Below, piece after piece: positions 51,864-61,296 of a stretch of DNA of 64,000 nt. Origin of the DNA: Phycisphaeraceae bacterium (lineage in GTDB: Bacteria > Planctomycetota > Phycisphaerae > Phycisphaerales > Phycisphaeraceae); assembly GCA_963674705.1 (NCBI GenBank), contig OY771506.1:1600001-1664000 (forward strand), given 5' to 3'. Positions within the stretch are counted from its first letter, which is position 1, and each line of letters starts with the position of its first letter. A program made the position numbers and the translations under genes. The notes beneath the pieces were generated by a model. The model ran no database searches, was not told the origin of the DNA, and saw only the letters and a list, made by a program, of their open reading frames with translations.

Positions 51864-52928
51864 TTGGGTATCACACTTGGCATCATCGGCGCCGGCACGA
51901 TCGGTCGCGTACACGCGCTGGCGGCAAAGCAAATGGGCATGAAAATCGGGGGCGTCGCGGACATCCTGCCGGATAAAGCCGCCAAGCTCGCCGCCGACGT
52001 CGGGGGTGTGCCGAGTTACGATCACGCCGACAAACTGTTGGCTAACGACTCGATCGACGCCGTGGTCGTCGGCGTGCCCAATATCGACCACAAGCCGCTT
52101 GCGATCGCTTCGATGAAAGCGGGCAAGGACGTGCTGCTCGAAAAGCCGATGGCGATGAACACCGCGGAATGCAAGGAGATCAACGCCGTTGTGAAAGAAA
52201 CCGGCCGTATCCTGCAGATCGGCTACGTCCAGCGCTTCTCGACCGTCGGCCAGGGCGCCAAGCAACTGATCGACACCGGCGCGCTCGGCAAGGTCTATCA
52301 CGCCAAGGCACAACTCATCCGCCGACGCGGCATCCCCGGGCTCGGTGGATGGTTCACCACCAAGGCGCAGTCCGGCGGCGGGCCGTTGATCGACATCGGC
52401 GTGCATGTCATCGACCTCTCGCTCTACCTGCTCGGCGGCAAAAAGCCTTCGCGCGTCAGCGGCAAGACCTACTCGCACTTCGGCAGCCCCATCAAGGATT
52501 ACCTCTACGAAAGCATGTGGGCCGGCCCGCCGAACTACGACGGCGTGTTCGATGTCGAAGATGAAGCGCACGCCATGATCCACTTCGAGGACGGCACATC
52601 GCTGACCGTCGACGTCGCCTGGGCGATGAACGCGCCCGAAGACAAAATCCCCGTCAACCAGATGGCGTTCTACGGCGACAAGGGCGGCATGATCTTTGAA
52701 CTCTTCGGTGACCACGTCGTCCTCGCCAACGAACTGAACAACCGCAACGCCGACAGCAAACTCTACCTGCCGCAGGTCGAAATGCACCAGGAGCAGTTGG
52801 CCGACTTCGAAAAAGCCTGCCAAACCCGCAAAGCCCCCTGCGCGACTGGCGAGCAAGGCGAACTCGTCCAATCCATCATCGACGCCATCTACACCTCCAG
52901 CAAATCCAGCAAAGAAGTCACGTTGTAG
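51864..52928 (+). CDS. Gfo/Idh/MocA oxidoreductase
   Basis: GAGTIG, DVLLEKPMA, RRRGIPGLGGWFT.K..SGGGPLIDIGVH. Confidence 0.9.
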   Translation: MGITLGIIGAGTIGRVHALAAKQMGMKIGGVADILPDKAAKLAADVGGVPSYDHADKLLANDSIDAVVVGVPNIDHKPLAIASMKAGKDVLLEKPMAMNTAECKEINAVVKETGRILQIGYVQRFSTVGQGAKQLIDTGALGKVYHAKAQLIRRRGIPGLGGWFTTKAQSGGGPLIDIGVHVIDLSLYLLGGKKPSRVSGKTYSHFGSPIKDYLYESMWAGPPNYDGVFDVEDEAHAMIHFEDGTSLTVDVAWAMNAPEDKIPVNQMAFYGDKGGMIFELFGDHVVLANELNNRNADSKLYLPQVEMHQEQLADFEKACQTRKAPCATGEQGELVQSIIDAIYTSSKSSKEVTL

Positions 52929-52962
52929 ATTCGCTACAGTAAATCACCATGCATGACTCATT

Positions 52963-52990
52963 AGCCCCACGCACAACCGTGGGGTTTTTT
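52963..52990 (+). terminator. Intrinsic terminator
   Basis: GCCCCACG / CGTGGGGT stem plus T-tract. Confidence 0.75.
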
Positions 52991-53015
52991 GTGCACAAGA
53001 AGTTTGTTCTATTTA

Positions 53016-53182
53016 CCCCCCTCTCCCCTCGGGAGAGGGCCGGGGTGAGGGCCGTAACGGGATGAATGAGCTTTGTTTATTGGGTGTTTATGCTCTGACC
53101 TTGTTCGTTCAAATGAGGCTTCGCGCACAATCAATCCGGCCCTCACCCTAACCAATTCCGGGGCTCCCGCGGGGAGAGGGGA
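53016..53182. repeat. REP family A inverted doublet (second arm degenerate)
   Basis: CCCCCCTCTCCCCTCGGGAGAGGGCCGGGGTGAGGGCC (53016-53053) and GGCCCTCACCCTAACC...GGGGAGAGGGG (53138-53182). Confidence 0.75.
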
Positions 53183-53243
53183 TAAGAAAAACCCTGGGCT
53201 TCCGCCCAGGGCTAAGGGGTTTTGTCATCGAGTAGCACGCTAT

Positions 53244-55388
53244 TTATTTTTCTGAATCTTCCGATTCGTTTGATTCTTCGTCCGTGCTTTCGTTCTCGTA
53301 GCGAGTCTTCATGTTGAACAGATGCTTCTCGAGCGTGCCGGGTTTGACGGCGTTTTCGACGATCTCCGTGCTCTTGTAGATGCCTTCGCCCATCTTCTCA
53401 AGAGATTGCACATCCGTCACGATCTCGGGCGTCAGGAACAGAAGTAGTTCCGTCTTGCTCTTGGTCTCCTGCTTACGACGGAACAACGCGCCCAGGCCGG
53501 GGATGTCACCCAGCAATGGGACCTTGCTTTCGGTCAGCGTGTACTGGTCTTCCATCAATCCGCCGATCACGATGGTTTGTCCGCCTTGGATGGCGACGCG
53601 TGTCTCTGCGAAACGCTTGGCGATGACCTGCGCGTCGAGCTGCTCGGAGATCGCGACCGTTCGGCCGCTGATCGTTGACAATTCCTGCGACACGTCGAGC
53701 GTGACGCGGTTGTCCGGGTTGATCTGAGGCGTGACGTCGAGGATCAGGCCGATCTCGCGGTACTCGATCGTGTTGATCGTGTTGCCTGCGTCGGTCTCGC
53801 GCGTGTTGGTGACGAACGGGAACTCTTCACCGATCAGGATGTTCGATGGCTGATTATCCGAAGCCAGGATGTAAGGCCGAGACACGACCTCCAGCTTGCC
53901 GACCTCCTGCAACAGGCGGATGTTCAACAGGAAGTCATCGGTATCCAGCAGGACCGCCTGGAAACCGCCGCTCGCCGCGGCGACACTGAAGTCCGTCAGC
54001 AGGCTGTCGACCGATCCGCCGACGTTGTAGAGTTCACCTTCGACGCCGACATCCAGTTGGTCATCGATAGAAACTTCAGCGATCAGCACGCGGATCAACA
54101 CTTGCGGCTGTTGTGTGTCGAGTGATTCCAGGATCGCCATGATTCGATCGTGATTGCGCTCAGGGGTGAGGATCATCAGTGTGTTGGTTGCCTCATCGGC
54201 GACCGTGGTCACCTGCCCGACCAGGCTGCCGGCGAACGAATCGCTGCTGGAACTGCTGTTGTTGTTATTATTATTATTGTTGTTGCGGCTGCGCGGATCG
54301 CGCGGGCTGTTGTTGCTGCTGGAGGATGAATTTTCATCAAACAGGTCGTTGAACGCCGTCTCCAGGTCGGTCGCGAGAATGTGCTTGACGTGGTACACCA
54401 GCACGGACTCGCGCGCGGTGGTGTCGGCATCGAGCTGGTTGATCACTTCCTCGACAACCGTCATCAACTCGGGCGATGCGCTGACAACAACACTGTTGGT
54501 TCGTTCGTCGGAGGCGGCGCTGACTTCGCGGCCCTGCACTTGTGTGTTGCTGTCATCATTGCCGCCCATCCCGGGCGGGCCGAAACGGCTGAAACGCCTC
54601 TGAATCGCCCGGCCGACTGCGGAATCCGCGCTCTCCCTATCCTCAAATGTCTCTTCTAATAATTGCGCGGTGTCTTCGGCGTCCGCGTACTGCAGTTGGA
54701 AGACACGCACCTGCGTCACCGATGAGATCGACTTGTCCACCGCATTGACGATCTGAACGATACGCTTGATGTTCGCCTCCGCGTCCGTGATGATCAGCGA
54801 GTTGCTCGCTTCATTCGCCGCCACCTCGGCGACCTCGGTATTGATCAGCGGGGAAAGGTCGTCAGAAAGACTCTTGGCATCGGCGTAACGGATCGGAACG
54901 ATCTGCGTGATGATCGTATCCGTGTTGCCGATCTGGTCCGGATCGTTGCCGTAGCGAACGGGGATCGCATCGAGCTTGGCATCCTGCAAGCGGACAATAC
55001 GAAGCAACCGATCGCGACGCACGGCCGTGTAACCTTTCTCCATCAGCAGCGTGTTGATCAGGTTGATCGCTTCATCGAGCGTGATCGGCTGACGGTTGAC
55101 CACCGTGATGCGCCCATCGACCGCGGTGTCGTTGACGACGATGAGCCCGGCCTGTTCGGACAGGTACTCGAGCACGGTCTGCAGCGGCGCGTCGCTGAAG
55201 TTCATCAGCAGGCCGTTGCCGTTGATCAACGGCGTGTTGGGCGCCTGCTCTTGCTGCTCGCTGAGCGTCAGGTTCGGCGCCTGCTCGTCTGCGGCAGTGT
55301 TGCCTTCATCCTGTGCGAAACTCACAGGCGCGACGGACAACACCGTGCATACAAACAGGGTCGTGGATAGTGTAAATAGACGTCTCAT
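53244..55388 (-). CDS. gspD: Type II secretion secretin GspD
   Basis: ATG at 55388 with AGGAG; signal peptide; MNFSDAPL (N0), repeated D.R/ATN.L/VV N-domains, QVLIRVLIAEV, LDVTPQIN, KVPLLGDIPGLGALFR, ELLLFLTPEIV. Confidence 0.92.
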   Translation of the reverse strand: MRRLFTLSTTLFVCTVLSVAPVSFAQDEGNTAADEQAPNLTLSEQQEQAPNTPLINGNGLLMNFSDAPLQTVLEYLSEQAGLIVVNDTAVDGRITVVNRQPITLDEAINLINTLLMEKGYTAVRRDRLLRIVRLQDAKLDAIPVRYGNDPDQIGNTDTIITQIVPIRYADAKSLSDDLSPLINTEVAEVAANEASNSLIITDAEANIKRIVQIVNAVDKSISSVTQVRVFQLQYADAEDTAQLLEETFEDRESADSAVGRAIQRRFSRFGPPGMGGNDDSNTQVQGREVSAASDERTNSVVVSASPELMTVVEEVINQLDADTTARESVLVYHVKHILATDLETAFNDLFDENSSSSSNNSPRDPRSRNNNNNNNNNSSSSSDSFAGSLVGQVTTVADEATNTLMILTPERNHDRIMAILESLDTQQPQVLIRVLIAEVSIDDQLDVGVEGELYNVGGSVDSLLTDFSVAAASGGFQAVLLDTDDFLLNIRLLQEVGKLEVVSRPYILASDNQPSNILIGEEFPFVTNTRETDAGNTINTIEYREIGLILDVTPQINPDNRVTLDVSQELSTISGRTVAISEQLDAQVIAKRFAETRVAIQGGQTIVIGGLMEDQYTLTESKVPLLGDIPGLGALFRRKQETKSKTELLLFLTPEIVTDVQSLEKMGEGIYKSTEIVENAVKPGTLEKHLFNMKTRYENESTDEESNESEDSEK

Positions 55389-55398
55389 AGTTGTACTC

Positions 55399-56067
55399 CT
55401 ACTGGCTCTCACGCTCCCGCCGTTCGCGGAGCCGGCGAAGAATGTCGGCTGTGCTTGAACCCGTATCGCTTGACTCGTTGCTTGAAGTTGTACTGTTATC
55501 AGAGCCCCGCTCTGATGTAGAGGAACCATATCCGTCCGACGAACCGTAGTAACCCGACATGCCTGATCCGTATGATCGGCTGGCAAGCGCGCCGGTCAGG
55601 TCGTACCCGATCTGGATATTGCGCTGCTCATCACCGACCTGATACTCGACAACGTCGTGGCTGATCGCACCCAGCTTTCCGCTGGCAAAGGTTTCGTCCT
55701 CGCCTACGCGGAAGACCTCGCGCGTCTGCATGTTCTCGAAGAACGCCAACCAGCGTTCGCCTGTGTAACTGACGCCGATGAACCGGTACGCACGGTCCGG
55801 ATCCTCCGGCTCGGGCTGCGGCTCATATTGCTGCTCAGGTTGTTCCTGGCCTGCTTCACCCGGAGCCGGTTCAACACGCGGGGCGCGACGCTGGCTCGGT
55901 ACGAACAGGTTGCCGTTGATCACCTTCTCCATCGTTTCCTTGGAGACTTCCTTGGCCGTCCATGCCGAAGCATCGATCTTTTCTTCCTGCGCCGACGCCG
56001 AAGCACTCAGCATCAACAGCGAAGACAGGCAGCACATCGCGATAATCATGTTTGACTTTGTTTTCAT
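55399..56067 (-). CDS. Hypothetical T2SS accessory protein (GspC-like position)
   Basis: N-terminal hydrophobic segment, NLF, FIGVSY...AFF.......RVGE pattern; lies between gspM and gspD. Confidence 0.55.
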   Translation of the reverse strand: MKTKSNMIIAMCCLSSLLMLSASASAQEEKIDASAWTAKEVSKETMEKVINGNLFVPSQRRAPRVEPAPGEAGQEQPEQQYEPQPEPEDPDRAYRFIGVSYTGERWLAFFENMQTREVFRVGEDETFASGKLGAISHDVVEYQVGDEQRNIQIGYDLTGALASRSYGSGMSGYYGSSDGYGSSTSERGSDNSTTSSNESSDTGSSTADILRRLRERRERESQ

Positions 56068-56597
56068 GATGCGCCCTCCTCTTCGCTCAACACCAGCGTC
56101 GACACCGTCAGCCGAAGCGTCAGGCGGTTGCTGCTGTCGTCACGCCTGGCGATGTCGCATGACAACACCGCCAACGGGATCTGCGCTTGCTGGACCTTCT
56201 GGAGGAACTTTGCGACCGAACTTAATTCGCCCGTTGCGGTCAGGCTGAAACGCACTTCCGTAAACGGCGGGCTGCTCAGGTTGCCGCCGGCGCTGAGGTT
56301 GTTCAGCGTTAATCCGGAACTTTCCGCCACCCGGCTGACCTGGCCCTGCACGTTCAATCGCGCCGATGCCGGGCTGCTCCACAACCCCGCGAGCTTACGC
56401 TCTTCCCAGCGAGAGAGGATCAGTTCACGGTTATCCACCAGCACCATGTCTTCATCAATCTGCTGCTCAAGCGTGTCCGCTTGTTCGCGCAGATCGCTCA
56501 GGTACACCTGCATCGGCGAGATCAGCAAACGGTCGGCTACGAAGAAACCAACGATCAGCGCGACCGCCCAGGCCAGTAATCGCTCGCGTTTAGACAT
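56064..56597 (-). CDS. GspM/PilO-like inner-membrane platform protein
   Basis: MSKRERLL + TM + coiled coil + ATGELSSVAKFL ferredoxin-like domain. Confidence 0.7.
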   Translation of the reverse strand: MSKRERLLAWAVALIVGFFVADRLLISPMQVYLSDLREQADTLEQQIDEDMVLVDNRELILSRWEERKLAGLWSSPASARLNVQGQVSRVAESSGLTLNNLSAGGNLSSPPFTEVRFSLTATGELSSVAKFLQKVQQAQIPLAVLSCDIARRDDSSNRLTLRLTVSTLVLSEEEGAS

Positions 56598-57922
56598 CAG
56601 CGGCCCCCCTTTCCAGCGATATAGTTGAACACGATTTCAAATCGTACTTCGCCCCGGTCGTTCTGTGTCTGTGCCGAGTCACGAAGCGCAACGCTGCTTA
56701 AACTCTCCGACGCCTGCATCGTCCTCAAAAACTCGAGCATCTGGCTGCGCGTCTCGGCCCGGCCCTGTAGCGAACCGCTCTTATCCGCGTTCAACCGGAA
56801 CTCTGTCAGCCGTAATTCACTTCGCTGCGGCACGCATTCGGTCAGCACCTGCATGCACGAAAGCATGTCCACGCGCTTATCAAACCACGGCGCGGATTCA
56901 TCCAGCCGCGACTTCACCTCGCTGAGCATCTCAACATCCGACGCCATCCCCGCCGCCGTTGCCTGCAGCGTTGATAACCGATGCTCTCGGCTCCACCACA
57001 ACCCACCGACCGCAAGAATCAACAGAACCACCAGCGCCGCAACACCCACGCCGATCCGCTGCGTCTTGGTCAGGCCCCTGCCCGTTTCCTTCGAGGCTCG
57101 ACAACGCAGCAGGTCCAGCATGTCGTGCTGTTGTGCACGCCGCCGCATCGCATCGATCACAGATTCATCGATCACGGATGTCGAACCACCCGCTACACCG
57201 TTCAGGTACGAGGCGATGCTGTGCGGATCGATCCCCGTTGCCGGATCGGATGCCAGCACGAGTTCGCTTTGATTGCTTGATAGCTGCGGGTCGGACGCGA
57301 TGTTGGCCGTGATCGCACGCGCCGCACCGGCCGGGTCGTTATCGAGCGTATCGCACAGCGAACGCAATCCGACCGTCCTGCCGTCCCGCACCAATGCCAA
57401 CTCAGCCATCGGCGGATCGATACGCACAAGCGTCGTGTCCGCCTGCTTCTCGTTGACATATGCCTGCGCCGTCACGTGGATCGCAACCGGCGTCAGCCCT
57501 GCTTCTGCAAGCGTCTTGGTCAGGCTCTCCAGTTTCTTGCGCGTCGTCACGCCGATCAACACTTCGCTCGCCCCGCTGCTTCGGCTGATCGTATAGTCGG
57601 CAACCAGGTTGCCCGCGTCCGTCGCATAGTCCCGGCTGACGCGCATCTTTACCGCGCCTGCCGCCACGTTCGTATCGGTCGACGGCACGCTCAATCGCTG
57701 CGTCAACACCCACGATACCGGCACGCCCACCACCACGCGCCCCAGCGACAAACGGTGCGAACCCAACTGGTTTTTCAGTAACGCGCCCAACGTCGCCGCA
57801 TCCATGTCGGACCAGCGACCGGGCAGATCGATCTTGACTGGCTGCGCATCACCCGGCGCCGCGGCGACCACACGGTGCTCGTCGATCAACATCACAAGAT
57901 GCTTCTTCGCATCACGTGCCAC
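56597..57922 (-). CDS. GspL/PilM-PilN-like platform protein
   Basis: Cytoplasmic actin-like region (VVVGVP), MLDLL + TM, PilN-like periplasmic domain (LQGRA). Confidence 0.7.
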   Translation of the reverse strand: MARDAKKHLVMLIDEHRVVAAAPGDAQPVKIDLPGRWSDMDAATLGALLKNQLGSHRLSLGRVVVGVPVSWVLTQRLSVPSTDTNVAAGAVKMRVSRDYATDAGNLVADYTISRSSGASEVLIGVTTRKKLESLTKTLAEAGLTPVAIHVTAQAYVNEKQADTTLVRIDPPMAELALVRDGRTVGLRSLCDTLDNDPAGAARAITANIASDPQLSSNQSELVLASDPATGIDPHSIASYLNGVAGGSTSVIDESVIDAMRRRAQQHDMLDLLRCRASKETGRGLTKTQRIGVGVAALVVLLILAVGGLWWSREHRLSTLQATAAGMASDVEMLSEVKSRLDESAPWFDKRVDMLSCMQVLTECVPQRSELRLTEFRLNADKSGSLQGRAETRSQMLEFLRTMQASESLSSVALRDSAQTQNDRGEVRFEIVFNYIAGKGGR

Positions 57923-59415
57923 TAATGCACCCCCGATCCGTATTGTTCAGATACTTCGTCCACCGTTGCTCCTTGACGTAAGGCAACTCTAATCTCCGGA
58001 TCGATCGGCCAACCCAGGTCCGTGATGTCCTGCAGGTACACCACACGCGGGCCCTCCACTTCTTCGCCGTTGCTCGACAACGTGTCGATCACCACGCGGT
58101 AACGCACGAACCCTCGGCCGTCCCCACTCACCGCCAGGATGTCCGCGCCAAACTGAAAACTGCGCGTCGTCAGCAGATTCGCCGCCGCGACCGCTTTCTC
58201 TTTATCTAACGCGTCGACCAGCCATAACATCGATTCCTGATCGGTGTCGCGCGCCGAAACGATCTTCTGCCCGTCGCCCTCTTCAAGCCCCGGCAACAAA
58301 TCCAGCACCTCCGCCGGCGCCGTGTTCACATTGATCAAGCCACGCTGCACGTTCTGGTTGTTCGCGGTGACTTTGTCCTGTAGCTTCGCGAACTCTTCAT
58401 CCGTCAGCTTCAGCTTGATCGCAAAGTCGAGCGCGTTCTGGAACGGCCGGCCCGTCAGGACCTGCGGCGACACCTCGTTGAACCGCTTTTCTTCAAGCTC
58501 ATCTCGCAACAACTGGAACAACTCGCCGCCCTGATTCAGGTTTGTCCGGTCCTCGCCGTCAACGGTCTTGTTCGGCTCGACGCTGTACACCGTCAGGTAC
58601 GGATACAAACCCACGTCCAGCGAGCCGTCCGCGTTATCACTCGGCGGGGTTGCCGCAGCGTCGTTCTCGTTGTCATCAAGTACGCCGTTGCGGTTTGTGT
58701 CTTCGCCGTAAAGAATCAGTTCATCCACATCACGCACCAGCAGCAACTCTTCGAGTGTCTCGAATCGGCTGTTCTTCGCTTCGTAACCGATGCGTTGCGC
58801 CAGGTAATAGTCGGACTCCGCGCCGCCGTCTCGTATCTCGTCGTCGCCATCCGCCCAGTCGGCGATCGCGTTACAGATTTCGCTGTTCAAGCCGATCAAC
58901 CCGGATAGCGCCTCGGGGGGCGTGACACTCACGTTCAGCCGCGTGTTCTCCGGCACCACGCCGTAGGTCGGCTCTTCATCCGTCGTAAAGTCCTGCGCGA
59001 TCACCCAGAACAATCCGTTGCCCAGGGGTTCTGCTTGTACTTCAAGAAAATCTATCGCCGGGTTCTCACCCGCATCGATCGAGTTCTGCAAATCCGCCTT
59101 GATCGCCTCGATCACCCCCATTGCGATCATCCGCGCCTGCACCTGTGAGACATTGTTCCCCGCAGTGACCGCTTCGGTCTGCATCTGTCGAGCAAACACC
59201 AACGCCATCGCCACCAGGAACACGATCATCGCCAACACCACCACCAGCGCCGCACCACGTTGACGCTTTATAGTGGTCAGGCGCTCTACCCCCCTCTCCC
59301 CTCGGGAGAGGGCCGGGGTGAGGGCCGAATTCCTTTTGCACGCTATCAACCAATTTATTCGGGTGCCACACATTGACTGCGCAGCAGCAATGTGTGTTGA
59401 GTCGTTCCATCGCAC
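57922..59415 (-). CDS. gspK: Minor pseudopilin GspK; the leader carries REP insertions and the start is uncertain
   Basis: RQRG|AALVVVLAM prepilin site, ENTRLNV, AIADWAD.D, FETLEELLLVRDV, INVNTAPAEVL. Confidence 0.9.
   Translation of the reverse strand: MRWNDSTHIAAAQSMCGTRINWLIACKRNSALTPALSRGERGVERLTTIKRQRGAALVVVLAMIVFLVAMALVFARQMQTEAVTAGNNVSQVQARMIAMGVIEAIKADLQNSIDAGENPAIDFLEVQAEPLGNGLFWVIAQDFTTDEEPTYGVVPENTRLNVSVTPPEALSGLIGLNSEICNAIADWADGDDEIRDGGAESDYYLAQRIGYEAKNSRFETLEELLLVRDVDELILYGEDTNRNGVLDDNENDAAATPPSDNADGSLDVGLYPYLTVYSVEPNKTVDGEDRTNLNQGGELFQLLRDELEEKRFNEVSPQVLTGRPFQNALDFAIKLKLTDEEFAKLQDKVTANNQNVQRGLINVNTAPAEVLDLLPGLEEGDGQKIVSARDTDQESMLWLVDALDKEKAVAAANLLTTRSFQFGADILAVSGDGRGFVRYRVVIDTLSSNGEEVEGPRVVYLQDITDLGWPIDPEIRVALRQGATVDEVSEQYGSGVH
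59289..59326. repeat. REP family A copy inside the gspK leader
   Basis: CCCCCCTCTCCCCTCGGGAGAGGGCCGGGGTGAGGGCC, identical to 53016-53053. Confidence 0.85.
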
Positions 59416-59446
59416 ACTTTGCCCTTCGGGTCAAAGTGTGGCACCC
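59361..59446. repeat. Second palindrome family (E) inverted doublet at the gspJ-gspK junction
   Basis: GGGTGCCACACATTG..CAATGTGTG and CACACTTTG-CCC-TTCG-GGT-CAAAGTGTGGCACCC; partial copy at 60706-60730. Confidence 0.7.
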
Positions 59447-59472
59447 CATGCTGGTAAGTAAAAGTGTCACGC

Positions 59473-60138
59473 TCATCTTCCCACCCCCGACAGGATACTG
59501 TCCGAGCGCGTCCCGGCCGGCATCGCGATGATCTGTGTGAACATCAGGTCATCAGAGTTTGAATACTTCGAATCCTCATCCGGATGATACAACGTGATAC
59601 GCACCGCCAGCGGCAGCGTGTTGTCCTGCTGGGTTGAGTCCCAGTCATCGACCCAGTCCGACCCGTCGCTGTATTCAACATTCCAGCCGGTCAGTCCGCG
59701 TGCAAGTATCTGCTCCTCCGGGTCCGTTGTCGCCGGTGCGAGCAGATTCGTCGTGATATAACGCACAAGCATGAACGTATCGCTATCGTCCGTATCTTCT
59801 GCCAGTTCAAGACTGACGTTGATCAAATCAGACAGCTTGCCGTCCGGCGGGAGGAAGCTGTTGGCGGTGGTAAAGCTGATCACGTCCTGCTGGCTGTCGT
59901 CTTCACCAAGGAATCCACCGGCCATTTCACCGGTCGGCGGCGGAACGGATTGCAGATCACGCCGCACCAGTTCCAGCGCCAGGCTCAACGTGCGGTCCTT
60001 GCCGATCGTGCTCGAAGCCTTGTCGCGCGTCGTCGTCGCAATCATCAGGCTCGCGTAGACCGTCGCCGCCAGGATCGCGGTGATCGCGATCGCCAGGATC
60101 AGCTCAATCAACGTAAATGCACGGTTTCGAGGCCTCAT
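59473..60138 (-). CDS. gspJ: Minor pseudopilin GspJ
   Basis: RA|FTLIELILAIAI, LVRRDLQS, W.DDWDS....LPLAVRITL. Confidence 0.88.
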   Translation of the reverse strand: MRPRNRAFTLIELILAIAITAILAATVYASLMIATTTRDKASSTIGKDRTLSLALELVRRDLQSVPPPTGEMAGGFLGEDDSQQDVISFTTANSFLPPDGKLSDLINVSLELAEDTDDSDTFMLVRYITTNLLAPATTDPEEQILARGLTGWNVEYSDGSDWVDDWDSTQQDNTLPLAVRITLYHPDEDSKYSNSDDLMFTQIIAMPAGTRSDSILSGVGR

Positions 60139-60767
60139 GTATCACTTTCGTCATGCACGGCTGTGGTCAGCGTGATCGTCTGGGGTCGGCCGCGCCGCTC
60201 CCAACTCACCGTCATCGTGAGTTTCCGCACGCTCGGGTCGAGCCATTCCTCGACCTGCAGCACCCAGGTATAACGCCCCGACTGTCCTGTTTCTTCGTCC
60301 TCAACTTCAAATTCTCCGGTGTCGTCCCCGAACTGCCAGCTCTCATCCAGCAGGATCTCGTTGATCTTGTTTTCCGCCAGCCGCGCCGCCTCCGCCCGGT
60401 CCTGTGCCAACCCGCCGATATGCGTCGCCGTATTGAGCGCCCCCATCAACACCGGCAACACGATCGCCACCAATAACAACGCCGCCAAAACTTCGAGTAA
60501 TGAGAATCCTCGTTGAGTATGCCTTCGCCTTACCCCCTCTCCCCCTGGGAGAGGGCCGGGGTGAGGGCCAACAACCTTGGAGTTACTTACTGCAATTACT
60601 TCTTCTGATACAGCAGATTCTTTTTCTGCACGATGGGTAAAGTCTGTACACCCAATCAACCCGGCCCTCACCCTAGCCCTCTCCCGAGGGGAGAGGGGAC
60701 CGGAGTTGACTGCGCAGCAGCAAAGTGTGCTTTCAAACTCACTCTTCATCTCAGAGGCGCAGCGCAT
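60135..60767 (-). CDS. gspI: Minor pseudopilin GspI with an 87-residue leader containing a REP doublet
   Basis: QRG|FSLLEVLAALL; LAENKINE; AGGAGG six nt before ATG at 60767. Confidence 0.85.
   Translation of the reverse strand: MRCASEMKSEFESTLCCCAVNSGPLSPRERARVRAGLIGCTDFTHRAEKESAVSEEVIAVSNSKVVGPHPGPLPGGEGVRRRHTQRGFSLLEVLAALLLVAIVLPVLMGALNTATHIGGLAQDRAEAARLAENKINEILLDESWQFGDDTGEFEVEDEETGQSGRYTWVLQVEEWLDPSVRKLTMTVSWERRGRPQTITLTTAVHDESDT
60533..60698. repeat. REP family A inverted doublet inside the gspI coding sequence
   Basis: Arms at 60533-60569 and 60663-60698 around an AT-richer spacer. Confidence 0.85.
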
Positions 60768-61296
60768 TGAGCACCTCCTGGGCCTTCAGCCCCTTCACTT
60801 CGCTCTTACCCATGATCCGGTAGCGCTCGGTCGCCGCTTCGCAGGTAATCACAACGAACCGATCATCCTGCTCGACGATCACCGTGCCCGGCGTCACCAG
60901 GCCCGTCGGCTCGAAGTAGAGCATGATCTCGTTGTAGCCGCTCTTTTCGACATCCGTATCGATCTCGATCGTGTTGTTCCACTGAACCGACTCGACACCC
61001 GTGCCGACGGTTTGTTCGTAGCCTTCATCACCGATGTGCTCGATGTACGCTTCGCGCTGCTCAAGGTTGATTACTACGCGGTACGTATTCGCTTCGTGGA
61101 TCGCGCGCGTCTGCGCCTGCTGCGTCAAGGTGAACAGTTCTACCGCAGTGTTATCCAGCGCCGCCCTCCGCGCAAAACCGCTGAGTGCGGGTGTCGCCAG
61201 TGTGGTGAGAGTGGCGATAAGCACCAGCACGAGGATCAGCTCAAGCAGAGTGAAGCCGAGAGCCGATCTGCGGGTTGTACGCGTGCGTGGGTTCAC
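60751..61296 (-). CDS. gspH: Minor pseudopilin GspH
   Basis: LG|FTLLELILVLVLI, AQTRAI, FEPTG. Confidence 0.85.
   Translation of the reverse strand: MNPRTRTTRRSALGFTLLELILVLVLIATLTTLATPALSGFARRAALDNTAVELFTLTQQAQTRAIHEANTYRVVINLEQREAYIEHIGDEGYEQTVGTGVESVQWNNTIEIDTDVEKSGYNEIMLYFEPTGLVTPGTVIVEQDDRFVVITCEAATERYRIMGKSEVKGLKAQEVLNALRL

Noticed and set aside
55389..55586. 66-codon N-terminal extension of gspD in the ORF track
   Set aside because: It overlaps the upstream gene; ATG at 55388 has AGGAG and begins a signal peptide.
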